A stretch of 64,000 nt of DNA, from NCBI GenBank assembly GCA_051294375.1, contig CM119270.1:20482417-20546416 (forward strand). The letters are read 5' to 3'. The position numbers were made by a program, and so were the translations under genes. Shown here one piece after another: positions 1 through 14,065 of the stretch. This DNA is from Paraspadella gotoi. Its lineage: Eukaryota; Animalia; Chaetognatha. Each line of letters opens with the position of its first letter. Positions within the stretch are counted from its first letter, which is position 1. Under the pieces are notes generated by a model. That model was not told the origin of the DNA. It made no database searches and worked only from the letters and a program-made list of their open reading frames with translations.

Positions 1-249
1 TTCTTTTTTCATATTTTTATTATGCTATGAGTCAAAAGAAGATTTATTATAATGCTTTATTTGATTAGCTGATGGTAGATTTCAAGACAGTTTTCTAAAA
101 CCAATTTTCTCATTTATCAACTATAATGTGTACCTCATCCATCTGAAATAGAAGATGAAGACGATTCAGGAGCCGGAGTTAAGGAGAAAATACTATTAAA
201 TACTTTAATTAGTTTAAATATTAATATTTTAAATTTAAAATTAAATTAT

Positions 250-342
250 AAAATTAACCGATTTTAACGGTTAACCGTTAAAAACGTTAGTTTTAACGGT
301 TAAGCGAAGTTCCTTAAAAATTAACGGTTAACGGAACCCTAG
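250..342 (-). mobile_element. hAT-type MITE end remnant
   Basis: The minus strand begins TAGGGTTCCG, followed by clustered TTAACCGTTAA/TTAACGGTTAA motifs, including the palindrome ttaacggttaaccgttaa. Confidence 0.35.
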
Positions 343-1160
343 TTAAGGTTAGCCGGGCAATCAGAAGATGGCCTATAAGTAGAATGACAAAAATGTTAGT
401 AGAAGTGAGCATAAACTCTCCTAGACAATAACTAAGTTGACGTAGTTCTAATAAACACAAGAAGCTCCCCTTCTCTTTTGAACAGAAGGTGGTTTGATCC
501 GCAACGACTAAATTGACGGCAATGAAGCAAACGGACGTTTCCATCTGCCAAGAACGAAAATAAAGTCTCGCGAAAATAGGTCAGACCCTCGCAATTCTAA
601 CGAAATAGAAATTAAAAGCAGAAAGACAGGTTTTCGGTCCGCAGGTGTTTTTCTTCCTCCATCGCGGTTTTAATTCTTCTCGTTTAAATGTCGTTCTCTT
701 CTCGTATTGGCTCGTTTAGGAAAATCTATCGACCAATGAGCGGCCTTCCCGATTGATCGAGGGCAAACGTTAGGATTGGCGAGGAATTAGACCTAACGAG
801 TTTCAACGTTTGAGCAAAGATTTACTTTTAGGCGAAGGTTTAAATGGGTTAATACTTGAAGTTTAAAAAAAACAAACAAACAAATCGAGAAGGGAGACGG
901 AAGAGAATCACAGTTAATAGGCAGGTGATATTAATTATTTTAATGCGATATGTGGTCTAGTTTTCTTTACGTGGAAATATATTTGTGTTCTTCTCTTTAT
1001 TACTATAATAAGGGTTTTATTTCGAATTCAACATGGTTGATTCGGTACAGACATCATGTAACATCATGTAACATCGTGCGAAGTCATGAAAAAATAAGTA
1101 AAGAAAGAAAGAAAGTCTTAGGTATAAAACTCCATTATAATTCTTATACTTTCCTCTTAC

Positions 1161-1301
1161 CGACTTTTCTGTCCTCACAGCGACGAACTTCAAAGCTTCG
1201 GTTCCCGGCATCGGACCGACAACGTAGCCAAACGCGCGTCTGTCGGCCAAATCTCGAGCGATGAACGAAATCTTGTGAACTGGATGAATGTGATCGATGT
1301 G
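1161..1301 (-). CDS. Dab: Disabled (Dab) PTB-domain exon; gene continues beyond the left edge
   Basis: atcag|...|gtaag, 141 nt, phase 0 to 0. Translates HIDHIHPVHKISFIARDLADRRAFGYVVGPMPGTEALKFVAVRTEKS, matching Dab '[24 protein letters not shown]...FVAIKT'. Confidence 0.95.
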
Positions 1302-2313
1302 CTGATGATAAAAAAACAAGAGATATCAAGTTAGCAATCAATTAAATAAGTGAATGAATTAAAAGTATATTCTAATGAATCAATCATTCAGAAAAAAACG
1401 AAGTTACAGATAATAGTCTTCAGCCCACTTCGCCCCTTCACCACATAATTTTCCGCAAATAATCTCTCCTTCTTTTGGACATAATCTTTTGCGAAAAGTT
1501 TGGACACAAACTTACTTCCGTTGTTGCTTTAAACAATACAACTTTATATCCGAAAATGATAAAATATCATTAATCATAGTCGTCAACAAACGAACGAATA
1601 AAATCAGAGACCGAAGCAACAAAACCTCACCAGTTTGACTTCTGATTTCTCGACCCCAAAAAAAATGGAAAATGGAAAGAAATTTTGGGAGCGAAAGAAA
1701 TCTCTTGGAGGAGAAGAAAAAAAAAGTCTGGAGGCAGAAAACATCATCGGTTTTGCTAGAGAAGAAAATTCTTTGATCCGTTACTCTAACAGTCGAGACT
1801 CTGTTTTTCAAAACGCGAAAAATACGATCACAACAAAAGTGAATTTCGGTGAATAAACGGACGCGGATAGAGAGCGAGAGTGAAAGATAGAGACAGACGC
1901 ACGAAAGGAGAAGATTACCACAAGGACCTATTAATTTCATTGCACATTAGAGTGACGTGAAAATAATAAAATTTAACAAAATTAATATTTAGCGTATAGA
2001 CCATGAAAATATATTTTTGAATATTATACATTAGTGGGTTATACATTAGTGAGCTATATTTATACAAAGTAATAAGTATATAATAAACTAAAATTTCAAA
2101 ATGGAATTGCGCATTAGTAAGACCGTTATAATGATAATGAACGCATTCAGAGAGAAGAAAAGGCCTCCCATAGCGAAAACAATAAATCGAAAGACATAAA
2201 TCGTAAGGGACGCACGGGCAGAGAGGAGGAAACACAGAGTCACTCGGATCGACCAACAGACACCGCAAACATATCAACGGACGGACGGACAGACAACTGG
2301 ACGGACAACTCAC

Positions 2314-2468
2314 CCCCGACTTTTCATCTACGATCGAGACTCCGGCCAAATTGATGAGGATCCTGATCTTCTGCTTGTGAGCGCCGGTGGCCTTGAGTCG
2401 TCGACGAATTCGCTTCAGACTTTCTTGACACATTTTGTCTCCTCTCTCTTCGAGGACCTCGTCGAAGC
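2314..2468 (-). CDS. Dab: Disabled (Dab) PTB-domain exon
   Basis: cccag|...|gtgag. Translates GFDEVLEERGDKMCQESLKRIRRRLKATGAHKQKIRILINLAGVSIVDEKSG, matching Dab1/2 'GIDEV..ARGDKLCQDSM...HKQKI...GIKIFDEKTG'. Phases are compatible with both neighbouring exons. Confidence 0.95.
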
Positions 2469-4893
2469 CTGGGAGAGAAAAGGAGCTTTGATTGGTCGAG
2501 ATTGATTGATTGAAGATTAAGAGATAAAATAGATTTTTTCGATTGATTGATGAGAATGATTACTTTGATTTATTGGTTAAAAGAATCATCGATTAGTAGG
2601 TTTATTGATTTAATAATTGATTGGTTAATTGCAAGAAATTTGATCGACTTAATTATTGATTGGTGGATTGTTCTTAAGTGAAAGAATGATTGATTAAAAA
2701 GTTTCATCGATTGATTGAATGATTGATTGAGCGATTGCTCGATCAGACTAAAGCAATGAATGTATTTAAACATATGCCATTAAACTGAGAGGACTAACAG
2801 CTATAGTAAGTTTTAAAGAGTTAAAAACTTAAAACACATTAACCAAATGTAGAGGAAAAAGAGAAGAACCTTTGACCCTTCGCCTTCATTCTCATTTTCA
2901 ACCCATTTAGGCCCCGCGGATCCTAAACATTTTCTCTGCCTCCACTACCCGGCCCTCTTTTTTAAAAAGCCCCAATTTTTTATTTGTTAACCCGTGATGT
3001 TATTTTTAATTTTAATATTTAACTCTAATGTGTTAACAAACTTATAACTAAATACCTAAACTCTAACCATATCCCTAACCCTGACCCTAATCTAATCCGT
3101 ATTGTCTAACCTTATCCTTTAACTCTAATTCTTAGTCTCTAACCCTAATCCTAAGCCCTAACCTAAGCTCTCACCCTAACCTTTCCCTAATCTTTAAACC
3201 TAAAAAACTAATCTAATTCCAAATTTAAGACGAAATGGCGAGTTCTTGGAAAATAAGCCATGCCACCCATCAAGAAAGAAAAGTTTTAAAAAAAAACTTA
3301 AAACAAATCATAAAAATTTAAAAAAAATTGTTTTACAACCGAAAAAAAGGGGAAAAAAAAAGAAAGAAAGAAAAAAAGAAAGAAAAAAAGAAGCGTCGGT
3401 CTTTTTTGCCCTTCACGTCGCCACGCCCACCCAACTCATTATCCTCTTCTTCACACGCGTCTCTTTCCTTTCCTCCTTTTTTTCCTCCTCTTTTCTTTTT
3501 TTTTTCAACCTTCATCCTCTTCTTCCTCTTCCTCCTCCTCGTCCACTTCCTCATTACCCCTCGGGGCCTGACCCGACCTTCGTCATCGCAGGCCTCTATC
3601 CACTTGGACAACAACAACGACGACAACAACAATATTTCCTCTTCAACTAACGACCTCCAAGATAAAAAAAAAATTATCAGGAAGCACCTTAATGTAGTAG
3701 TTGTCCTCGTTAAGGTTATAAAATTGTTAAGTATTAATCAGTTTTATTTATTGATTAATTCAATGACCTATTAATTTGGTTGCTTCTTCCTTACGTTCTC
3801 CCCACAAAAGCCAAGATCCGTAACTCGCACTCATTCGACAAAATTATATCACAACAGCTTTATCACCGACCATATCCCTAACTTGAAACTTCACAATCAC
3901 TCTTCACTTACCCGACGAATGAGAACTCTCCCATCGATCGCTTCTCGCTCCCCCTTAGCCTTTACCCGTCCTTACCCTCATCCCTTTCTCAATTCTCGGG
4001 AGGCCAAACGTCTCCCGCAGCAGATCTCGAGTTTCTCTCTACTTTCACCCACAGATGAAAAGAAGGCGGCCCATCGAGACCCTCTCAATCACCAATCAAT
4101 ATCAACAGAATCACCAATCAAAATCAACAATCAACAATCAATCAAAACATTACAAATCAACATCAATAATATTCACCAATCAATAAAAAAATTTATCCCA
4201 TTTACATTTAAACAAAGCAATAAGGATCAAAATTATACAGTAGTATAATTATATTACAATACATGACAGCATACCGATATCATAATTTCAACCCATAAAC
4301 TTAATCTATTACCCATTTTCTTTCTCCAGCCCCATCAACCAAGTCCAGCAAAGGATCCCGAGAAACGCGGTTCCATCATCCGATCATCGCCTTCAAATTT
4401 GCTGACGACGACGAAAAAAAATATGGGATTTCGATCAAAAATCCAGAATTTGGGTTCAAAAAACGACGACGATGATGACGACGACGATGATTACGACGAC
4501 AACGACGAAACCATCAAAAACGAAGAAGACGACGACAGCGAAGTCGACGATGACGACGACGATGACAGCGATGACGACGACGATTACAGCAATGATGACA
4601 ATAACGTTGACGATGACAGCGATGACCGACGTGAAGAGGACGACGACAGCGATGACGACGACGAGAGGACGCGAGGACGACGAACAGTTATGACGATGAC
4701 AGTGATGACGACGACGATGACAACGATGAGAGTATGCTGAGTACGACAACATCGATGACGACGACGACAGCGATGACGATGACGACGACGAAGAGGACGC
4801 CGATGACGACGACGACGACACATCCATCGAAATTGTGGCAGACTCACTCACACTTTTTCGACCCATTTCTGATACAGATTCTGCACGCATCAA

Positions 4894-4960
<67 letters not shown>

Positions 4961-5902
4961 ATAAAAAAAAAAGTAACAATGAAAGTGAAACACAATAAAA
5001 CCGAGTTTAGAAGTACCAAGGGCAAAAAGACTTTTCTCTCCTCACCCACTGCTTGCCTTTTTTCAGGGTCTATCGGTAGGTCGGTCTAGGTCGGTAGGTC
5101 TGTCGGTCTTCCATCTCCCGATCTCTGATTTGTCGGCTTCTTCCCGTCGGTCTTCAAAAGCCGATAAAATATCATTTCACCCATTATCTTTCCACGATTA
5201 TCTTTTCACGATAACGTGACACCAGATTTCTAACGTGACATAGACTCGTTTTAATGAACCGTGACAAACCGGACGTGACAAGTAACTTAAAGAGATGTCG
5301 ACACCGCGACTCAACCTGGCATGGCATGGCATGGCATGTCATGGGAACGTCGTCGACCGAGATTGAAATTAACGACGGGAGATGGACATCCGGACAACTC
5401 GACAATGGAAAGAACAAAAAACACGACTCTCACAGGAGAGCGTGAAAAAAAAGGAGGACAAACGTGAATAGTTATGTGACAAATCTTCACGTCGCGATGA
5501 CGCGAGAGAAAATGGGCGTGACGAGGTGAAGCGCCGTGAGGGAACGTGACAAAGCACCGTGTTGGAACGTGACAAAACGCGGTGATGGGTCGCTAAAAAG
5601 CGCAATAAACGAAAGTGACAGTGTGCCAAGTTGGAATGTAACCAGACGTGAAAAAGCCGAGTGCCGAGTGCCAAGTTTATAAAATGACAAAGCTCTGTGT
5701 TTCATTGTGACAAAGCTCTGTGACAAAACTTATCACTGCATTGAACATGACAAAGCGCAATGTCATAACGTTACAAAGCACCGCGATAAAACGCGGTAAA
5801 TATCCCGGGGAAAATGGGATCGACTTTGGGAGATGAAAGCTGCTTCTGAAATAGTCGTCGCTTACAACACGGCGGGGAAATATTATATGTTTGACGAGGA
5901 AA

Positions 5903-6082
5903 CTTAGATGGTTTTACGGACAAATGGCACGACTTAGATGATAATTTTAGATGGCAAAAGTGACGACGAATCTCAGATAGTATTACGGACAAATGGCACG
6001 ACTTAGATGAAAATTCCAAATGGCAAAAGTGACGACGAATCTCAGATGGTATTACGGACAAATGGCACGACTAAGATGGCAA
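5903..6082. repeat. Minisatellite, 69-bp unit, about 2.5 copies
   Basis: acggacaaatggcacgac recurs at 5916, 5985 and 6054. Confidence 0.9.
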
Positions 6083-7749
6083 AAATGCCCTTGAAGCTTA
6101 GATAGCACTACAACCCACTGCAACAATCGAAAGACTTACAAAATAGAGTTGGTAGTATACCATTGCAGGACACATTGCAAGACTCCATTGACGTTACTCC
6201 GATGGCAAATCGCATTTGGAGATCCACCTCACGATGCAAAGGAAGCATCAAAAGTGGCAAACGCTTTTCCCTCTCATTCAAGAGGCCATAAAACTGCGAA
6301 AGATTTACTCCTTAACCCTCTCTCTTTACTCCGACCTACTGCTAGTTTTTATCTATCACTCTCTCTCGCGCTCTCTTTTCCTTTTCCCCCCCCATCTTTT
6401 TTCCTCACCAGCTATTTTCTCCTTTTTTCTTATGTTCTTTTCTTTTATCTTTAACACACTTTCCTTCCCTTACATATTACTCCTTATTTACTCTTTCTTT
6501 TTTCTGATTCTTTCTCCTAATATAACGTGAATTACTTTATTCCTTATTTCCCAACAATGGCCTACAGGTCTCTCTCACGTAATTTTTTTTTTCTCTAACA
6601 CATTATAATCCATATTCCATAACATTTCACCACTACCTAAATTAAGACTATTTGCCACTTAACAAAGCCACCAAAAAAGGACCACCTTTAAAATTTGTCC
6701 AACTCATTACCCGCCCCCCCAATCTAGTATATGAACCAGTCTCACATCACGGCTTCGAAAAGAGGTGAAATGTATCGCGCGAACTTCACGCAATATACGT
6801 CATCGAAACTCCACGACGTCATAAGACGCCCAACCTTCAACGACGCCAAACCCCCCAAACCCCATTTAACTCCACCCAGTCTCCACCTACCGCCTGGCAA
6901 AGACCTCGGGGTCGATACTGTCGGTCTCAAAGCGGCGGCGGCAGCGGCGGCGGCGCGCGGAGACTGTATGGCGTCTTTATTACTGTCTTCTTTATTACGT
7001 CGTTCGTCGTCGTCGTTCGTCGCTGGGAACGACTTTTTAAACGGTCTTCCCACTCGAAGGGACAACGACGACGAAAACAAAGACGACGACGACGACGACG
7101 ACGACGACGACCGACCAACTGACTTCGAAGACTATAAAGGTATAAAAGTAATAAAGGCTATAAACGTAATGGGGAATAATATGGAGACTGTCGACGCTAA
7201 TGGAGAACAGGTGAGAAGGTTCAAGACCTAAGATTGAAGATTTGAAGCGAAACTCCTGAATCTTTGAACTTTTATCACTCGGGAAAAGTCGGGGGTGACG
7301 GAGGTGATGATGACAATGATAATGATTGCGATGTGATGACACTAATGATGATAATGATCGTGATGCGATGATGACGATGATGACGATGGTTATTGAGTTA
7401 CGACTAAAATGATGATGATGATCGTGAAGAAATGATGAAAAAGATGATAATGAGATTAAGAACTAAGAATACCATTTGATGATGATAAACTGACTATGAT
7501 GAAATCAACGAAGGCCTGAAAATACGCAGAATTCAGGTAAACACTATATAACATCAAACGAAACATCAGCATCAACTGCAACAAAAAAAATATTTGACGA
7601 CAAGTAACGAAGACGATGAAAAAGACGACGACGACGACGACGACACAAATAATAAAGAACTTCGTTATGAAGCGAAACAAAAAAGTGGAGTCGTTTCGAC
7701 GAGACGTTGTATTTCATTTTTACTCTTTTGTCTAGTAGGTCGTTTAGAA

Positions 7750-7956
7750 CTCATTCAGTAGACATTTCGCTCTCGTTCATAGGTCATTCATTCGACTTTC
7801 TGCTCTCGTTCATAAGTCATTTTTTAGGCATTTCACTCTCGTTCATAGCTTATTCTTTAGACATTTCGCTCTCGTTCATAGCTCATTCATTCGATGTTCT
7901 GCTTTCGTTCATGAGTCATTCTTTAGACATTTCGCTCTCGTTCATAGATCATTCTT
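7750..7956. repeat. Minisatellite, 33-bp unit, about 6 copies
   Basis: ctctcgttcata recurs at 7770, 7803, 7836 and onward. Confidence 0.9.
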
Positions 7957-8116
7957 AACCCGGTTAATCATAAAAAGTCTCATTAGCTATCTAGGTTAAA
8001 AAAAAACAAACAGAAAATCAGTTTATAATGTTTATAATTTTGAAAATAACTCGGCAGAAACGATCTTTCAATGTCGTTACTTATTCATTATTGACTTTTT
8101 AAAATGACTCAACTGA

Positions 8117-8187
8117 ACTCAATGCCATTTCTAACTCTATGCCATTTCTAACTCAATGCCATTTCAAACTCTATGCCATTTCTAACT
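8117..8187. repeat. 17-bp tandem repeat, 4 copies, abutting a Dab donor site
   Basis: aactc(t/a)atgccatttc(t/a) is repeated. Confidence 0.85.
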
Positions 8188-8190
8188 TAC

Positions 8191-8265
8191 CCATGAGTTT
8201 TCCCTTGAATGTGATTCCATTTCCGGAAAATCTCGTCAGTAAAAAGTTGTCTTCCGCTTGAGCGT
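8191..8265 (-). CDS. Dab: Disabled (Dab) PTB-domain adaptor, exon covering the start of the PTB domain
   Basis: Minus strand ttcag|AC...ATGG|gtaag, 75 nt, phase 1 to 1. Translates (D)AQAEDNFLLTRFSGNGITFKGKLM(G), matching Dab1 'LIKRFKGEGVRYKAKLIG'. Confidence 0.9.
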
Positions 8266-9254
8266 CTGAATAGAAAAGAAAAGAAAATCAATATTGAACG
8301 TTTTTGTATTTAATGTAATAATCATACTGTGCTTCTAAAATTGGGCGGTTCGGAAGGAATCTGTGCTAAAAAAGAAGCCATTAGCCAATTTCCAATTTTC
8401 AACAAAAGCCTGTACAATGATGGATCGTATGAATCCAGACTATATACCATCTTAACAATATCATAACATTTTAAATGCCGAAACCGTGACTGACGCTAGA
8501 ATACAGATAGCGAAAAAACTGCACCCTACTGTAATTAACTGTTGAGATATTAGATATTAATTTACTTGATATAAAAATATTTACCGTGTTCAAAAGTTCC
8601 TGCGATGTAAAATCTAGAGAATTGACTCAGACAAGAAATAAATTTAAGGAATTTGAATTCAAATTTCAAGTGTAGAATTACCCTGATGTGTTCTTCTGTT
8701 TGAGAAAGAGAGGGCAGTCGGATCAAAGGAAAGTCCAAATATATAAAAAAAAAAAAAAAAAGACAAATGCAAAATGTCTGTCCGAATTTCGAGTAATTCT
8801 AAATTTAATTTTAATAAACGATTTTTTTTTCAGACAACTAAAATGTTTTATTGTCAAAATTTGCTTAAAAAATTATTCATATTTTGCCAAACATCAATTT
8901 CGAGTCTTTTTTTGTATTTTATGCAAACACATTGTTATCTATATTTGAAATTCATAAATGTTTAAACGATATTCTGATTCAACTTCAGCTGTAAATTTTT
9001 TATTACATTCCTTTTCACCAAACTGGGTCAAACATGACAGATAATGGAGAAGAAGAAAAAAAGGAAAAAAATCAATTCGAAAATGAAGTTTTTCTCATTT
9101 CATCTCTGATCCATTATTTTCTTCAGTCTCTCTCTCTCTCTTCTTCTCTCTCTCTCTCTCTCTGTCTCATTCTCATCTTCTTCAACTATTGTCAGTACGG
9201 CACTGCAGTCGACCAAGAAAGGAAGGACCGGGCTGCATGGTGAAAACAGAATTG

Positions 9255-9319
<65 letters not shown>

Positions 9320-9444
9320 ATATTCACTCTGTCTCCATCGCCATACATAAGATAGGCCAAAAATGGACGCCATGATGATAAAAAAAAGAGGAATGGTTTA
9401 GTCTGGAAAGATGATAAAGCAGAAGACAATAAATAAAAAACTAT

Positions 9445-9486
<42 letters not shown>

Positions 9487-10179
9487 GAGTGAGAGAGAGA
9501 GCGCTTTCCTTGAAGATTCAGGTGTTTTTTGTTCTTTCATAAATGATCTTTTTTTGTTTTTTGTTTTTCATTTTTATGTTCTTTTTTCTTTTTACTTTTT
9601 GTTCATTTTTTATGTTGTTTTTTATTTTTCTCTTTTCAATTCAAATGAACCAATTTTTATTCCTGTTTTCTCCTCCTCCTTCTTCCTCGACCTTTGCTGT
9701 CAAATCAAAATCGAAAACATTTCGCTCTCTTTTCCATACGTGCCCCATTTCTGTTTCTTAATCCCTAAACTTTTTTTTAACCCTAATATTTAACCTTAAT
9801 CTGTAACCAAACCTATAACCTAACCTTAATTCTAAATCCCAATTTTTAATTTTAACCTTATTTAACCCAACCTTAAACTTAAAATATAATTTAATTCCCA
9901 TTTTAAGATAAAATGGGGTGTTTTGGGAAAATAAGGCCAACATTTCCCTCCCGAGGTCCCAGACACGAACTCCACTCTCCCCCATTTTTTTCTTTTTTTT
10001 TTTGTTTTCAATAGAAAAAAAATCTCGACTGAGGAAAAACTCTTTAATATTCCATACGCGTTGTTGTTGTTGTTGTTGTTGTTGTTGTCGTTTATCTCTC
10101 GAAATAAAAAAAAGTTTATCCCTGTTTTTGTTTTGAATCTTGACTCCTTTTATCTGATTGATCCTTGTCAATCAATTGC

Positions 10180-10242
<63 letters not shown>

Positions 10243-11079
10243 GAGTTTTAACGGACCTCTATCTTTCTCATGTTACTCTTTCCTTCCCTTCCTCTTTCCT
10301 TCCATTTTTTTCTACTAAAAATAAAAAAACTTTTTTCTTCTTTATTTTGTTTTCTTCTCCGTTTCCTTGGCAACGCATGGCAACGTTGAGTGGTCGTTGA
10401 TAAACAACTCCGTCGCTGAGGAAACGAGGCGCGAACTTTTTTTTTTATAACCTTCGATTGAGGAAGGCCAACGGAGCGTTGCCAATGGAGACGGGATCTT
10501 GTTTTCTTTTTTATAATTTTCTTTTTTTAGAGAAAAATCGTTATTGAGTGAAATCGGTTATCGCTAAAACGAAAGAGAGAAATCCAGATACAGGGCGTTA
10601 TTTTTTGACAGACTTTTTTTTCTTTAAAATTTTCGTTAAAAATATTGCTTGAACGCTGTGTAATTTGTTATTCAAAATATCGTTTTGAATGAAAACAAGA
10701 TTTGGTAGCATAATGAATAATTGAAAATACAGTACATATAGGTATGGGCAATATTGGTTGCACAAACTTCTTATTATAAATATTATATAGTTAAAATACG
10801 GATTTGGAAATCTTAAAATCGTATTTCGAGAAAACAAAAACGCAACTAGAATCGTTGTGGGCGAATCAGGACTTAAGAAAACTTCAAAAAAAATTTGCTA
10901 TTTTATTTTAAATTCTTTTAATTACCAATTTATAAAGAAATTTATAAATCTACAATATAAACACTATCTAACAACTTTCAGTCGTGCACCGAAATATTAG
11001 TTCCGGTTCTTTGCCTTTTTTGAACTCGCGTTTCTTTTTACAAATTTCGTCGAAATATTTTAAATCTAAAAATGATGGG

Positions 11080-11710
11080 CTCGCCCTAGTAAGGGTAGTG
11101 AAAGTTACATACACGGAAAATTTCTAAATGTCAATTATGAACAACATACCATCAGGTAATATTAATAGGGTAAAAAATTAATTTTATGTGTTTTAATTTC
11201 GCAGTACGCTATATTTATATATAGTACTATCCTTATAAAAATCGAAAAAAATTTCAAAATATGCTTTTCTTAATTTGATTTGCAGATTTGAATTCTCGTC
11301 AAAAGTTGATAAAAAGAAAATATAAATCATTTTTAAAATTCTTTCATTAAGTGGTATAAATTTTAAAAACTACATTTTAATATATAAAAGTTTAATTTTC
11401 ATGTTAAATATAGCTTTTTCTAATTTTTGAGCCCACTTAATGAAGGAATTTTTTTCAAAAAAGAGTTATATTTCTTTTTATCAACTTTTTATGACGAATC
11501 AAATCTGCAAAAAATTTTAGAAAAAACTGTTTTGAAATTTTAATATCTTATTGGATTAGTACTAGTTATAAATATGGCTTACTGCGTAAATTGAAAATTT
11601 ATTATAAATTTTTTTATTACATTAAATGTATTAGTATAATATTGTTCATTCCTCACTTTTAGAATTTTAATTTAAAGTTTAATTAGAATTTTTACTACGC
11701 CATACTCCCC
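11080..11710. mobile_element. Palindromic (foldback/MITE-like) element
   Basis: tttgcagatttgaattctcgtcaaaagttgataaaaagaaaatataa (about 11279-11325) is inverted at about 11467-11511, and ttcattaagtgg is inverted as ccacttaatgaa. Diverged arms are about 270 bp. Confidence 0.55.
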
Positions 11711-11714
11711 AGGG

Positions 11715-11746
<32 letters not shown>

Positions 11747-13614
11747 GTCTCTCTCTCTCTCTTCCTCTCTCTCTCTCTCTTCTCTCCTCCTCTCCTCTCC
11801 CTCTTCTCTCCTCCCTCTCTCTTCACTCTCTCTCCTCTCCTCGAAGAATTACATCGCCTACAGAAATCTCCATAACACTTTCGAAAGAAAGAAAAGACGC
11901 GAGAAGAGAAAGAAGCCGATTCGCGTTAGTGTGAACTTTCTCGTTTGTAAGAAGCCGTTTCGGCTGTGAGAAGCTCCGCCGTTGTGAAAAGGCTGTTGGC
12001 TCTGGAAGAAAAGGCTCATTAGCACTGGTACAACTGTGGCATCAACAATACGCAAATAAAAAGCCATTTATAAAACGCCGCTCATTAGACATTACTTTAC
12101 TTAACTTAAAATCCACGTTACTGAAAAACCCTTTACGTTTCGATAAAAGGCGTCATAAGCCTAATTTTTATTTTCTGCTAAAAGCTCTTCCTCAGTGCAA
12201 GAAGCTTTGGCGCCATAACCTTTAAAGTTTTGCGACGAAAAATAAAAACAAAAAAACAAAAAACAAAACAGAAAAAAGAAAAAAAAAAAGAAACTCAATT
12301 CTCGAGGCGACAAATTTTGAGGCCTTTTATTCGATACTGAGAAGCAAAAGAAATAAATAAAAAAAAGGGGAAAAAAGGGGGAAAAAGGAAAAAAAGGAAA
12401 TAATAAAAGGAAAGGAAAGAAAAAAAAGAAGAAGAAAATATGGAACGCCAATCTTTAGAGGAAGCAGAGAAAGGAGAAATATCGGAGGAAATTGAAGAAA
12501 AGGAAAGTAACGAAGATGAGAAAGAAAAGGAGAATAAGAAAAGAGAGGAAAGCCAAGAAGGAAACGCCTCCAAAGTGGAAAATTGGAACGAATATTCTCG
12601 ACGCCGGTGGAACAGAGATCAGTCGCCGGATCGCGCGACTTTTGGCGCCGTGATCACGTGATTTTTATTCCCGATCACGTTGGAACTTTAGAGTCTCATC
12701 CCGTGACTTTAGCGGCGGAATTCCGGGTCGGGTTCTGCTTCGCCGATGCGCGGTTTCGGAAGGCAGTTCCTCTTCGAAAGAGATCGTCTGCAATCAACTT
12801 ACCCGCGCCTCACTCGATCGGCGAAATCTCGAATCCAGCAACGACAACAACAACAACGCGAAAAACAACAACAACAAAGACGCAATCGACGAGGTCATCA
12901 AGAAGGACGAAGGCAAACCCCAGACTGCGAGGACCCGATCGAGCGTAAAGAGACGAGAAGAAGAGAGAATGAAACAAAAGACTGTGAGAATCTCCGATTG
13001 CGGGTTGACGCCACAAAGCTGCGCCGGAATCGAACTGAGGTGGGATGTGGGGTGTGGGATGTAGGGGGTAGGATGTGGGGGTTGTTTGGAAATCAGGTGG
13101 TGGTGAGTGTCGCCAGGATCAAATGGTGAGTGAAATGTGGAATGTGGTTGTAAAAAGTGATGATATCTGTGAATTGTTTTTGCAATTTAAAAAGTCCGTG
13201 ATAACCAATCAAAGTGATCCTTCCAGTTCGACTCTCCGAGAATTCATTTGTTTATTGTCGTATTTTAAATCCTGTCATTAAGCAGCTACCTTTCCCAAAA
13301 GGAAAGAAGCAAAATCGTTATTGGTAATTTGTTATTGCTATTGGACAAAAAGAAAAAAAAATTCGCTTCAAGGATCCGAATTCGCAAATTCGGTTTGGAT
13401 AATTTATTCCCCAAGAGAAACCGATTTAACCTGAACCCAAACCAATAAGACTGAAGAGAAAAAAGAAGAAGCGGATATTGGAAAAAATATCGAGATGAAT
13501 GTTGAATATTATTCAAAAATATGAATATGAATGAATGAATATAAATATGGAATTTCGTCGTTATGAAGAGATGACTGAAGCCAGAAAGAGTATTTACGGT
13601 TCATTGCATCCAAT

Positions 13615-14065
13615 AAGAATTGCAGATGGTTTAGAATGCAGATGGTTGAGAATGCTAATAGTTGAAATTGCACGCGATTGAGATTGCAGATGGTTGAGAT
13701 TGCAGTTGGTTGTAATTGCGGGATAGTTGAGATTGTAGATGGTTGAGAGTGCAAATGGTTGAGATTGCAGTTGGTTGTAATTGCAGATAGTTGAGATTGC
13801 AGATTTTTTAGATTGCCAATGGTTGTGATGGCAGATAGTTGAGATTGCAGATAGTTGAGATTACATATGGTTGGGATTACAGATGGTTGAGATTGCAGAT
13901 TGTTATAATTGGCGATGGTTGAGATTGTAGATGGTTGAGATTGCAGATGGTTAAGACAGCAAAAGGTTGAGATTGAAGATGAGATTGCAGATGGTTGAGA
14001 TTGCTAATAGTTGAGATTGCAGATAGATGGGATTTCAGATTGTTTAGATTGCAGATGGTCGAGGA
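13615..14065. repeat. 16-bp satellite (GGTTGAGATTGCAGAT)n
   Basis: About 25 degenerate copies. Confidence 0.9.

Noticed and set aside
4399-5049. Asp-rich, Thr-rich and Ser-rich ORFs, and all ER/LS/FF-rich ORFs in the track
   Set aside because: They are open only because GAC/GAT, AG/CT and T-rich repeats or N runs lack stop codons.
5903-7956. 33-bp and 69-bp arrays (and the 67-bp array at 59.1 kb) as CRISPR
   Set aside because: The units are contiguous tandem copies with no unique spacers, the context is eukaryotic, and no cas genes are present.
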